DNA from: Lama guanicoe
Lineage: Eukaryota
Direction: 5' to 3'
Length of the DNA: 64,000 bases
NCBI GenBank assembly: GCA_013239625.1
Contig: MU054212.1
Location: 6,546,270 to 6,610,269, forward strand
Below the pieces are notes generated by a model. That model was given only the letters and a program-made list of their open reading frames with translations, ran no database searches and was not told where the DNA came from. Positions 34,874 to 47,193 of the stretch are shown one piece after another. Position numbers and translations under genes: made by a program. Each line of letters starts with the position of its first letter. Within the stretch, counting starts at the first letter, position 1.

Positions 34874-36522
34874 TTCGATGATAATTTTTGAAGCATATGT
34901 ATACTTGGAATGGGGATTTGGGCAAGTTTCTCTAGTGGCATTGTAGGAGGATACGTGTGCCTTCTCTGTACCGAGTGCGTATATTACACCTGTTGACTGT
35001 AACCCTCACAATTATCAAAAAAAAGGATAATTAGCCCCTTTTTTATAGACATGAGTTAAATGTCTAGAGTAAGAGCACATAACTCTCAGTGCATAACTGG
35101 GAGTCGAACCCAGGCGTAGGTGCACAATCCATACCCTTTCCTCCTGGCTGCAGTGCCTCCCTGAACCAACCTAATTTTGATGTGTGTGCTATTTCTTATT
35201 TAGGTTTTCATTACCTAAGTCTCTTCTGTCCAATATAACCTTAAAAACTAAAAGTTCCTAAAAGATTTAGGCACTCTGGTGCAAAAGAAATGAGTAGAAG
35301 TTGTATTTTAATGTAGAAAGCTACAAAGGTGATACCAAATATGCTGAGGTAAAGGGATGGTGTATGGACTGAAATGAAGGAACACTAGTGAACGGGAAAA
35401 GAATGAAAAGTGTAGAGTTTGAAGCAGTAAAGAAAAGTCTTTTCCACTGGGGAGCATGCTAAGGTGAGCAGCAGACAGAGACTTAGGGTACTGACATCTT
35501 TAATCGAATATGAACTTGGAAATAGTTACATAAAAATTACACTTGCCCAAGCTTTGTTGTTTAGGGGTAAATATGCATTAGAAAAAACCAGAAAAAAGTC
35601 TATAGCTAACCCATTTTTTAAAGATGGGTATATGATTGGAAAATAAATGCACAGAATGGCCTACTGTACTATATGCAGATGGCCTTTTTCTCATTTTGTT
35701 CAGTTTCAAGGATCATGGAAAGTCAGAGCTGGAGGAGATTTTAGATATCAACTTGACCAGCTTCTTCATTATCAGTTGAGGAGACTGAAGCTCAAAGCAG
35801 CTCAATAATGTCAACATCACAGGTCCCTCTGCTCTCCTGTCAAATTCAGTGTTACATACATGCCCCTGAAGTTATACACATGCACACAAGCTACAAAAAG
35901 TTGCAGTCATATACGTACACATGGAAGGAAGGGAGCCAAAACATGGCTCTAAAAATACTATACTTTAAATACTATACTATACTTTAAATGATATTTATTT
36001 TTAAAAAAAGCAAATGGAGAGAATTTGAGATGCATAGATGGTTTGATATCCAACTCTTCAAAGAAATAATTCTAAATTTAGACATGAAATTCTACTGTTT
36101 TCTTTAAGAAAAATCTCATATTAGCATCTTCGTGCAGCTATGACTACAGTTCTTTATGATTATTACCAAAACAATTTTCTGGAAAAAAATCCATTATTAT
36201 AACTTTGGCAATAAGGAATAATTTATTTTACTGAATTCATTGTCACAACAAATTGTGCTTTTCAGTTATTAATGCTCTCATTTTTTATTTTCTGTAGACA
36301 TCATTATTCATTTCTTTAATGTGTACGGTAACTTAAAAATAATTCTGTCTGCAGGAGAGCCAACACAAGTGCCTGCCCAAGGGTACTGCTAATTTACACA
36401 GAGTAGATTTTATTTGGTCAACATGTTTTTTACTTGGTTAACTATGATTATCTAACGAGAAACCCCCTTAGCAAGAAACAAGAGATGCAAATGTTATTGT
36501 GATTTAAAAAAAAAAAAAAGAC

Positions 36523-36681
36523 CTTTCAAATGATTTCCTCCAATTGCATACAGGCGATCACTCATTACAGCCAAAGTGTGGATGGCGCGTTTTGTGTTCA
36601 TATCTTGTTTCCGAGCCCAGACATCCATAACGGGGTCATAACAGTATAGCCACGGGACATATTCTCCATTGTGCACACCCC
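36523..36681 (-). CDS. KLHL14: KLHL14 coding exon (159 bp): (G)GVHNGEYVPWLYCYDPVMDVWARKQDMNTKRAIHTLAVMSDRLYAIGGNHLK(G)
   Basis: Contained in ORF 36494..36706(-). CACAG acceptor at 36683-36682, AAG|GTCTTT donor at 36522. In frame with flanking exons. Confidence 0.93.
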
Positions 36682-36762
36682 CTGTGAATTCAGCATAGAC
36701 ACCCAAGTCAAGAAGGCGCCTTGGAACTGAGCTCTGTCACAGAAAGTGGAGGGATGACTTGC
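36682..36762 (-). other. KLHL14: 81-nt GC-AG intron of KLHL14
   Basis: This boundary joins ...KIYIS|G|GVHNG... in frame. Donor CAG|GCAAGT, acceptor CACAG. Confidence 0.88.
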
Positions 36763-36953
36763 CTGAAATATATATTTTCCCGTTGTGCACTGCTCCCGCG
36801 TGGGCTGCCAGAGGCTGTGGCAAAGAGGACACGTAACGCCATTCATTTGTTTCTAGGTTATAGCACTCCACACTGGACAAATAGCCGGTTTCATTCCGTC
36901 CACCAATAACATATAAGTGTTTGTCCAACCGACATGCATAGAAACTGGCTCTT
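36763..36953 (-). CDS. KLHL14: KLHL14 coding exon (191 bp): RASFYACRLDKHLYVIGGRNETGYLSSVECYNLETNEWRYVSSLPQPLAAHAGAVHNGKIYIS(G)
   Basis: Contained in ORF 36737..36985(-). TAG acceptor at 36955-36954. The donor is non-canonical CAG|GCAAGT at 36762. Confidence 0.95.
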
Positions 36954-38559
36954 CTACAATGAAAAACAAACATACAAACAAACAAAACAACCCACTGTAA
37001 ATCACAAAAGGAGCCCAGTCAGTTAGGGAAAGGAGGGACATACTGCTTCAGAAAGCGGTGCAGACCTTTGGAAATTCCACCTAGAGCGATGTTCTAAATC
37101 TGAGACCTTGAGCAGTAATCATGGGCAGTGCCCATTCTGGTTAGCATGATTGATGCTGAAGAACGGTAGAGGAGAAATTCACCAACTCTTTGTTTCAGCT
37201 CCTTTTTATCATGCCTTTTACACGCTGGTAAAGCGTTCACTAATGTTTGGGATATTTGGTACCTTGTAAGGATATCACAGCTCAGTAAGACAAAGTGAAA
37301 AATGAGGTAGATAATGTAACAATAATAAATTATCTTGACATTCACTTTCTTTATGGTCCTTCAAGGGTCATTGTTCCCAATTTATAAGAGAACTACATCA
37401 TCAAAATTTTTCTTCAATTATGATTTTTTTTCTTTTATCCCCCCCAGTACTACTGCAAATAGAGAAACTTTTTGACTGAATATAGTGTTCAAAGCTTGCT
37501 CCTATATAACCATGTTTAGGAATTTCACCTACATACATTTTGGTGTAGAGTCTTAAAAAGCTATAGGATATTTTTAAGTCTCTTTTCAAGAGAGACTGTT
37601 TATTAAATTAGCACGCCGTGCCATCAAAGGAAAAGACATGCAAGCTGTGTTGAAAGGACTGGAGACAGGGAGGCCAACTTGGAGGTAGGATAAAATCTAG
37701 GAGCGAGATACTGAGGACCTGAATTACAGTTTTAGTGGAAGACATGAAAAGGGGTGATGCAAAATATTTTAAAGGAAGATGTAAGACCTGGTAACTTATA
37801 AGATATGAGAGCTGAGGGAGAAAAGAGGTTGGAAGAGGACTGAAAAATTTGGAGTTAGGATGACTAGGTTGAAATCTTAAGCAAATTCCTGAACTTTTGC
37901 TTCTTTTTTTTCATCAAAGCTACTGGAATAACAGATTTCATAAGGATACCGCGGTCCAATAACTGAAAAAGTATAATTGTGAATTGCCAAGCCTCTAAGA
38001 GAGCATACCTTATGTTTGATAAATTATTGGTTTTCATAAAAACTGATACCAAGACTTCCAGGCAAGGTCAATAATAAAACGAAGAGTCCTAGAAGTTTTG
38101 CATCAGATCAACCTGTTTTGTTTGCAGATTTTCCAAGTTGTGTCGACAAAGTGTCAAGACCTCTGGGAAGCAGGACACAGCATCTTGATGAACAGCTTGG
38201 TCTCTGGAATCAGGTTGCCTGGCTGTATGATTTACCGGGTGTGTGGTCTTTGACACGTTAATTAACCCATCTCAGCCTCAGGTTGCTCAATGGGGGTGAC
38301 GACGGTAGCTTCCTCAGGGGGCTAGTTGTGAATACATATGTAAAGTGCTTGTCACAGCGTCCAACTTTTTTTTGTGCGCAGGAACTGCCAATTAATATTA
38401 TCTGGATAAAAAGTCTTCTAAAATCAGCCATCAAGATGTTTGCATATAAACTTTTCCTAATAGTATTTTAAGTGACAACTAGCTTCGTTAATGTTTGTTT
38501 ATACAACTTACTACCATATAGGTATAGTATATGTTATAGATGGTGATGTATTCAGCTTT

Positions 38560-39293
38560 ATTTTTTTTCCAGTTTTACTGAAGTATAATTGACCAATAAA
38601 ATTGCAATATACTTAAAGGGTGCCATGTGACAATTTGATATGTGTGTACGTTGTGAGGTGATTCACACAATCAAGTTAATTAACACACTCATCACCTCAC
38701 ATAGCAATCTTTTTATTTTTTTCCTGGTGAGAATACTTAAGAGCTACCCTCTTAGCAAATTTCAAGGTAACAGTACGGTATCATTAACTATAGTTACCAT
38801 GCTGTACGTTAGATCCTCAGAACTTAGTTATAACTGAAAGTTTGGACCCTGTGACTGACCTCTCTCCATTTCCGCCACCAATGTCCCTTGGCAACCACCA
38901 TTCTAATCTCTGTTTCTTTAAGTTTGACTTTTAAAATACGATTGATTCTACATATAAAATGATGTCTTACAGTATGTGTCTTTCTCAGTCTGGCTTATTT
39001 CATTTAGCATAGTCACTTTCAGTGTCATCCACGTTTGCCAGGCAAATGGCAGGACTTCCTTCTTTTCTACAGCAGAAAAACAGTCCATTGTATGTACACT
39101 ATTTTATGGCATACATTGTATATACACTACTATCTTTATCCATTCATCTGTCAACAGACACTTAGGTCGTTTCGGTACTTCAGCTCTTGTGAATAATGCA
39201 GCAGTGAACATGGGAGTGCAGATGTCTCTTCAAGATTCTGACTGCTTCCTTCGGATACACTGTACGTGCAAAAGTGGGATGGCTGGATCGTAA
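38560..39293 (-). mobile_element. L1MA9-like LINE-1 3' end
   Basis: cacaatcaagttaattaacac...atcacctcacatag...cttagcaaatttcaag...ttagatcctcagaactta signature. Confidence 0.8.
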
Positions 39294-42200
39294 AGTTCAG
39301 TGTTTTTGGACAGTCCTGGATGTGATAGCATCGTTGATCATTTTGGAGAATATTTTGGCTATGTTTGCTTTTTCTATGTTTTCTAATGCTTTCAAAAGAA
39401 ATATGTGCTGTGGAAAATTTAGAAAGAGAGCAATACGGGAAAAAGGGAGATGGATAAAGGTTGGAAGAAGAATGAAGAGTAGGTGAGAGAGATTTCATTA
39501 AGTAAGGGTTGTTGTTAACCCGGGCCCATGTCTTCTGAGGGGTCCATGAAGCTCTTACATTGTAAAAAAAAAATTTTAATAAAATATTGTGTATATATAT
39601 GTTGCAAATATTTGTGGAAGAATATGTTTGGAGAAAGATTTTGGGGGGAAGCTTTTAATCAGATTATCCAAGAAATTGCTAACCTAAAACATCTGGAATT
39701 TCCTGATATGGAGAAGTAAAATCTCATCTAAATATAAAATACAGTTTAAAAACAGTTGCAAAATTAAGTGCACACAGATAGACCACTGGTTCCTCTCATT
39801 TCTCTAACCAGGTTTCAATTGCTTGCTTATTGAATATGATAGGTCAAGGTTATGTAACTACTGCGTTTACCTTCCCAAGTTCAAATATTTCATTGAAAAG
39901 GGACGTTGGTGTTGGCATAGTTTTTAGGCTGGATGACCTGGAAACAACCCTTGAAAACGTGTGGATCTGAAATCTGACAGAGGTGGCGTTACAGATCAGC
40001 AGAAAAGGATGAACTACTCCACAAATGGGACTGAAATGCTAGTTACCCGTGGAACTAAGACAAAATTAGCTCCTCATATCACGTACAAAAGGAAATCCTC
40101 TGAGCGGACTAAATATTTAAATGTGAAAAAGCAAAATTGTGACCCATTTAGAAGCAAAGAGAGAAGACCGTCTTTGACTTCAGATAGGAAGAGTTCTTAA
40201 ATGAGAAACTGACATGCGTCAGTACACGTCAACAAAAACCTGTACTAAAGTAACACAGGTTTATTTTTGCACCGTTGGAACAAGGGTAGGTCAGTATCCC
40301 TCTTCCATATGATTCTATGACGGGTCTTGGAGCCTCTGCAATAATTAACTTACTAATTTTACTAATGGACCATCTTTAGTGGGCCAGCCCCATAATTTGG
40401 ACTGCGTGGGTTGTAAGGTGGCAGATTCTTCTACAGACTATATTCTGGTCTAGAAGAGAAAACTGATAGTCATGACAGGTATGAAAACCCTCTATTTAAT
40501 TAAATCTAGACAGTGAAGACTAAGAGAAAGATCTCCTTCTGCCAGTGTGAAAGCCTTTCATTTGTCTAAAGTTCAGTTTTCTCACTCTTTCTGATCTGGT
40601 ACCTTCCTTCCTCTCTTAACCTGAGTGAGTCTGTCAGAGAACTCTTTTTAGCCCAGGAGTTCCTAATTTGATGCTCCGTGTGTACTCCTAGCTTTATCCA
40701 CACAGTGTCACTGTTAGGTTCTGAATGGGAAGAAAAAAAAAAATCAGTAGGTTTCACTTCCTGACTAAAAGTGCATTTATATGTAGCAATTCTAATAGAA
40801 GGTTCTGAGTCTCTGACTTACTCCCTTGTACGCTCAAAGTGAGAATTCACGAAATCCATTCTAGAAACGCCGGATAGTTAATGATCTGTCAGCAACTGTG
40901 AACATTTGCCTGGGGCTAAAATTTTACTGTTCATACCAGGTGCTCCTGGGAATGCTCCCTGCCCCTCCTCCTCACGTGAAGAGCACACCTGAGTAGGCTG
41001 TTTTATTTTGAGGGGATAAGTAAGTTCAAGATTGCTGAAGATTTTTTAATGGAATTATACTATTTGTATCTCAAATTGTTCCTCTCTCCCTGCTCCATCC
41101 TCCACCTCCTGCCCCAACGCCAGAGACAATATGCAACGTACTGAGATAAGTTTAAAAAGACCACCAGTGACTTCTACAAAGGTACTTTGAACCTGAGGAT
41201 TGCACAGGTCTTTACAAGTCCTTTCTGATCCTTAGGATGGTTAGTTTATATCCTAAAGGGTGAGATTGAATTATTAGAACCCTATCTCAGCTTGAATTTT
41301 TGACTTTCACCATCATGTTAAAAACAACAGATTTTTCAAATAGAATACTGTCTCCCATCATTTCTTGTAAGGCTTCTAGAAACAACTTTTTAAATTTGGA
41401 AACATTTTTGATGTATTTGCTTTTAGCTTTTCACTTACTCTGGGAAACATAAGCTTTGTCATTGGTGCTCTCCAAATGGCTTTTTCTTTTCCTTCCTTTC
41501 TTTTCTTTCTGGTTTCCTAGACTAGCTAGGGGGTAAGATCTCTAAGAATGATACCTAAAGTGCCTACTTTTATTGAAAAAGAAAATTAAAGTCACCAAAG
41601 CATTTTTATTGAGCTAAGTGTTCTTTTTTGTCCTCCTCTTACTGGAGAATCAAATGCTAAATCTGAGACCGAAGCAACTCATCAGCTTTACATTTATAAT
41701 TGTTCTTCTGTCTAATCACGTCTATCAGTGAACTCACAGGTAGCAGGCATTCAACTCATGAGCTGACCTACTGTTGAGTAAGCCTCAAGGTCTTGCGCCC
41801 ATTTTCCTGCTGAACTGGGGGGTATCCTGCACTTAAGACTGTGCTCCTCTGGAAGCTCCAGTTAGGGAAAATATTTTAGGAATTTGCCCTGCCAGCTCTT
41901 GTAAGAGTGGGTGGCTCCAGAGGTGGCATTCTCAATTGGTTTGATAACTTCTCAGCCCAACAACAACCTCTCAGGAGATGGGTAGCAGCTAATGGAGGGA
42001 GGGAGGTGGGAAACTTCTGATGAGTTTAATTCATGATCTGTTCAGTGCAAAATTAACTCAATTAAATGTCTCAAGAAACCTCTTTTCTGATCTGAAGAGT
42101 GTCTCATATATTTTAGGTATTTTTCCCTTCTTTGTTTAATCAGCAATTAAGCCATGCTGGTAACTACTCATACTTGCTATGTTGAATGGAAGCTTGACAA

Positions 42201-43870
42201 TGAAGGAAAAAATTTCATTTTAAGTTATAGATTGTTGCCTGGGTCAACCAACCCGTAGGAGATACGGAGCCAGAAGATTGACTGGGCATTTGTGAGATCT
42301 GCCTTTTCCCATTCAGCTCTGGAAGGAGCTCTTTATTTGGTCTATCGAGTTGATTGTTCTAAATCTGAAAAAAAAAAACTTCTTTTACCAGGGACCTGAC
42401 ATGATATACCATAATGACTTAGAAAGAAACGTTAAACAGTCCATCCTGTCAACGGTGGCTGCCGGGCACCGACAGACCATGGCAGGTCTTTTTATCAGGT
42501 CAATGAGCTGCTAAAAATTGTCTAAGTAGGACCCTGCCATGATCGGCCATAGTGCCTCAGAGGAAGTCATTATAGAATATCAAGTAAACAATACACATTT
42601 TTAAAAAATTACTAATTAGGTTTTGCAGCAATACTTCTCATCCTTAGGGGCTCTACAGTGAGATAATTGACCGCGACGTGAGTTATGCCTCTCAAACCCA
42701 AGGCGTGAAGGTTAATTATCGTGGTGAACAGCCCCCAGCAAGGGGGACCGTGGTGATGAGATGCTGACATTTCAAACATGTTATTGATGAGTATTAAAAA
42801 AAATTTTTTTTAAATAAAACTTTTTGGAAGGGTTCTGGTTAAAGGGTAAAGTGATGTTACCAGAAAAATAACCCCAAATGGAAAGAAACAAGGGACACTG
42901 GAGAGAGACATCAGGAGGCTTTCATGTACAACCTGCGTACGCAGGAGGAGGACTGAGAGGCTGGTCATGATGGCAACTGAGGTACCTTTGAACTAGACAT
43001 TCCTAACAGTGTCTGTGGTCCTTAGAACATACTGTGCCTCACCATTTTCGGTGTATAGCTTTTAGCCTCCTCAAAGAGAGTTTTAATACACTTAGATGGA
43101 ACAGAAACTTAGATATTAAGTTTCTGTATAGCAGAGAGTCATATGCTCTTTCTGCAGTCATGTACCTTTCCGAGTGAATGGTATGACCTGAAAATTTCCT
43201 TTTAACTTGGAATGTATAATTAAGGATCTCATTTGATCTCAGTGTAGTTTGACTGAGTGTTAAGGGAAAAAAAGGAGATGGTAAGGTGAAGGGTCCTGAA
43301 GGAAATAAGAAGGGAAATTATTACTTAATTTAGTCGAGAAGAGGAAGTAAGTTGTAGCTTATTGTTCCAACTGGAGAATTTGCTCAAGAGGATGTCGAGA
43401 TACTATTTGAGAAGAACCAAGTGTTCGAGATTTAGTATGTGAATTTGCATACACATATTAAGACATGGCCTTCTGCCTAGTAACAGTCAGGGGAACTGAA
43501 TACGGATAAATGTAGCTCCATCTTGTTCGTTGGTGCTAGGAGAACTGGGTGTGATAAACACTGTGTACCATAACGCTGAGAGGTCACCTTGCAAAACTTC
43601 TGTTTCAAAGCTAACCAATCAGCTGTTCTTGAATATATGATATAGGAAACTCTTTGAGGAGGCGAATGTAAAGTGTGTGAGATAGTGAGACTTGAAAAAT
43701 TTCATATTGAAATTTCTGCATCAAAATGTGTATCATTGTGAGAATGGTGATTTATATCTCAACGATAAGATTTAAATCTCTTATAAGCAAGAAGAGTGGG
43801 GTGCCCTGTGAGACTGTAGTTCTGCTAGTCAAAAGAGCCCCAATACAATGTGGAAAAGGAAGACAAGTCA

Positions 43871-44268
43871 TGGAGGGCATTATGCTAAGTGAGGTAAGTC
43901 AGACAGAAAACGGTCAAATGCTGTATGATATCGCTTATATGAAGAATTCAAAAAATACAACAAACTAGTAAGCATAACAAAAAAGCAGACTGCAGATACA
44001 GAGAACAAACTAGTGGTTACCAGCGGGGAGAGGGAAGGAGGGAGGGGAAACATAGGGGTAGGGGATTAAGAAGTACAAACTGTTAGGTATAAAATAAGCC
44101 ACAAGGATATATTGTACCACATGGGGAATGTAGCCAATATTTTATAAGAACTACAAATGGAGTATAACTTTTAAAAATTGTGAATCACTATATGGTACAC
44201 CTGGAATTTATATGATATTGTATAGCAACTATACTTCAATAAAAAAATGAGCTTTAACTACTTAAAAA
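43871..44268 (+). mobile_element. 5'-truncated L1 (ORF2 end + 3' UTR) with 17-bp TSD and short extra 3' tail
   Basis: tggagggcattatgctaagtga...gagaacaaactagtggttaccag...caactatacttcaataaaaaaa. TSD aaaaggaagacaagtca at 43854-43870 and 44269-44285. Confidence 0.9.
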
Positions 44269-44513
44269 AAAAGGAAGACAAGTCACACATCTTTTTCTTC
44301 CTACATTGGGAGAAATAATTGACTTATTTAATTATTTTTCTCCATTGAGTTAATAAGGCAGTTAATCTAAGTTGGCCAGGTCAAGTTTTGTGTTTTGCCT
44401 CATATATCTTTCATTGGCTCCGTTTAGCGTACCTCATCGTAGAAAACCATTCGGCGTCCTTGCTTCTTGTAAAGCAGCCACAAATGTTTCAGACACAAGA
44501 AATAAACACTTAC

Positions 44514-44592
44514 CTTTCTTGCATGGGTGGAAGTTGTATCCAGCTATTAAATCGGGGATCGTATCGGCTGACAAAATTTGTACTGTGTTTTC
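44514..44592 (-). CDS. KLHL14: KLHL14 coding exon (79 bp): (G)KHSTNFVSRYDPRFNSWIQLPPMQE(R)
   Basis: Manual translation gives the Kelch YDP...W motif. TTTTACAG acceptor at 44594-44593, AG|GTAAGT donor at 44513. Phase 1 to phase 2 fits both neighbours. Confidence 0.95.
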
Positions 44593-45544
44593 CTGTAAAA
44601 GTATATTTGAGATACTGAAAACTTAGATTCCTTTGTTGTTTGACACATTTAATAGTATTTTATAAAATACTTCTGTTCTCAGGTTTAAGCAGATGAATTA
44701 AATAGAGGGACTATCATGGTATGAGAAGTGATGTCAGTAGAAAACTCTATGTGCCACCTCAAATGGCTTTCCTTTTCTCTTCTTTACTCCTTCAGTTTTT
44801 TTTGGCGGGGTGTGAGTTGGAATAAAAATAAATCAACCATAATAAAAAAAAAGCAAGTATGTTTCTCAAACCAGTTTTATCTCAAAGTAGGGTAAGATTT
44901 CTAGATTTTGGTGTTTTCGTGTTTTAAAAACGTGAAGTTATTGTCTATAAATAATCAGTTCCAGGGACTACCTTGTGTGATATCTCTGGTTAGAACCTTT
45001 TTTTTTTTTTAATGATCCAAGAATTCTAACCGTGGTAGAGTCCACTCTGTCTCCATGGAAATCACAGCCATCACTACAGTAAGAGTTTGCACTAGGAAGT
45101 CAGCTGTAGTCCATGTCTGTCATGTCAGTCTGTCCGCGCATTTGGGGGAAGCATGGCTGCTATGCTGTAGCACACATTCCCTTGCTGAAATGGGAAACAT
45201 GAGTCCTCAGAGCTGGTTAACCAGCTTATCTTCTCTGTTGAGCCGAAGAAACACAATAATGCCTCCAAGATATTAAGATGAATCTTATTTTACATACAGA
45301 TTGACACCAAAACAAGAAATAGAAGCAAAAGAGGAGATTTCATTTTCTGTGTGGCACTTTGAGATGGCGGTCATCTAAAGCACCTGAGGTCTTACAGTCT
45401 TTTTTTGTGTAATTGTTAATACATGTGTAACTAACCACTGAAATATAGGTACCAAACTTCAGCACAGGAATAAACAGGCATATGTGTGCGTGTGTATGCG
45501 CACACTCACACAGCATGTATACACAACACAGTTATTAACTGCAC

Positions 45545-46860
45545 AATATATATTGTGCACTCAATATGTGCCTTGTGTATTCTAGGTTCTGGAAAGATAT
45601 TGGTAAACAAGAAAGAAAAAATCCACATCCTTCTAATACATAAATAAATAAACATACTTGTAAAGAAATAAATATATGCATATTATCAAGTGAAGAGGAA
45701 TTCTAGAAAGAAAAATGAAGCAGGGATTGATTGGGGAGGCCAGTTTCAGTAGGATGGTCACCTGCTCATGCATGTCTCCTGCAAGCCATGCAGGTATCTG
45801 TGGAAGGAGCCTCTCAGGCAGTGGGGAAGGGGAGGACAAAGTCTCTAGGCTGGCCAGGCCTTCAAAACCAGCAAGAACGCTGGGGTGACTTGGACAGAAG
45901 TCAGAAGTATGTCAACGTCCAGACACAGTGTGCCTTGTGGACTGGTGTCAAATTCTGTCTTTTGTTCTAAGAACATTAGGAAGTCCCTGGAAGGTTTTGA
46001 GCAAATGAGAAACACGTCTAATTTCTCTCTTACCAAGATCACTGTGGCTGCTGTGTAAGGAACAGGCCGTGGAAGGGCTGCCCTGGGAGTGAGGCGGCCC
46101 GCACAATCGTCCTGGCAAGAACTGGGGGTGGCTTGAGTGAAGGTGGAGGCAAGATACCGTCAAGTTTGGGATGTGCTGTATGGCCATGGCCAATAAACTC
46201 TTCTGATAGATTGAGCATTGGTATAAGGAAAAGTGAGTAATTAAAAAGGACTGCCAGGTTTTCAGCCATTGTGACTAGAAGGAATGTCCTGCAATTTGCT
46301 GAGTTGGGGAAGGAAATGGTTGGGGGTTAAGGAGAGAAGCCACGAGATCTGTTTTGGACTTAACCTCCAGAGGCCTGTAGGATCTCAAAGTGTGGGTGGC
46401 TGGTAGGCCACTGGCTAATTGAGGCTGCAGGTGCAAATTCTGGAGTCACCAGTCCAGAGATATCGTTTAAAATCAGAACGGGATGAAACCCTCTTGGGAG
46501 ATGGTATGGAAAGAGAAGAGAATGAGTCCTGGGAGTGAGCCCTACGGGGAGAAGAAGAAAAACCAGCGAAAGAAAGGAATTCTCAGGGCTGGGAGGAAAA
46601 GTCTGGTATTTTGGAAGCCACTTCCAACGGGGTTTCAAGAAGAGGACTGAGCAACGGAGAACTGACTATACGATTAGGAAGCATGGGGGTTGGTGGTGAC
46701 CGTGACAAGCGCTGTTCCCGTGGACAGGAGGGACGAAAGCCTGCGTGGGGACACCTCAGGAGAGACTAAGGTGGAAGAAAGCAGAGGCAAGAGGGTAGGC
46801 AGTGCTTCTTAGGACTTTTGATATGAAAAGATTATAGCCAGAAGATGCAGCATCCAGAGG
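45545..46860 (-). mobile_element. L2 LINE fragment(s)
   Basis: aagatcactgtggctgctgtgtaagga, tggaaggttttgagca and GA-rich L2 antisense text. Further L2 pieces lie near 4030-4170, 25920-26380, 54900-56230, 57420-57720 and 59790-60290. Confidence 0.7.
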
Positions 46861-47049
46861 AAGTTTTATTTGGTTGTTGGTTGTGTTTTTAAATTCAGAA
46901 GTACTCCAAAGTCCTTGAGCAGGCAAAAGGGACTGAGGACTAGGCTTTAGGTTGGAGCAGAAACATTAATAAGAGGCATATCTTTGACCTAAAATGTCTG
47001 GGTAGCAATGGATTTGGTAGCAGCAAGATAAAGTTTTTTCCCCCCTCTT

Positions 47050-47193
47050 CTCTTTTTTGTTTAGTTAATTTTTTTTACAGGGGTAATTTGGTTCATTTAT
47101 TATTTTATTTTTAGGGGAGGTACTGGGGATTGAACCCAGGACCTTGTGTATGCTAAGTGCACGCTCTACCACTTGAGCTATATCCCTCCCCCC
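47050..47193 (-). mobile_element. Camelid tRNA-derived SINE (Vic-1-like)
   Basis: ggaggtactggggattgaacccaggaccttgtgtatgctaagtgcacgctctaccacttgagctatatccctcccc plus T-rich tail. Confidence 0.88.

Noticed and set aside
40822..40885. Cryptic KLHL14 cassette exon (GGA|GTAAGT donor at 40821)
   Set aside because: The upstream AG lacks a polypyrimidine tract, the 64-nt length would frameshift, and there is no other support.
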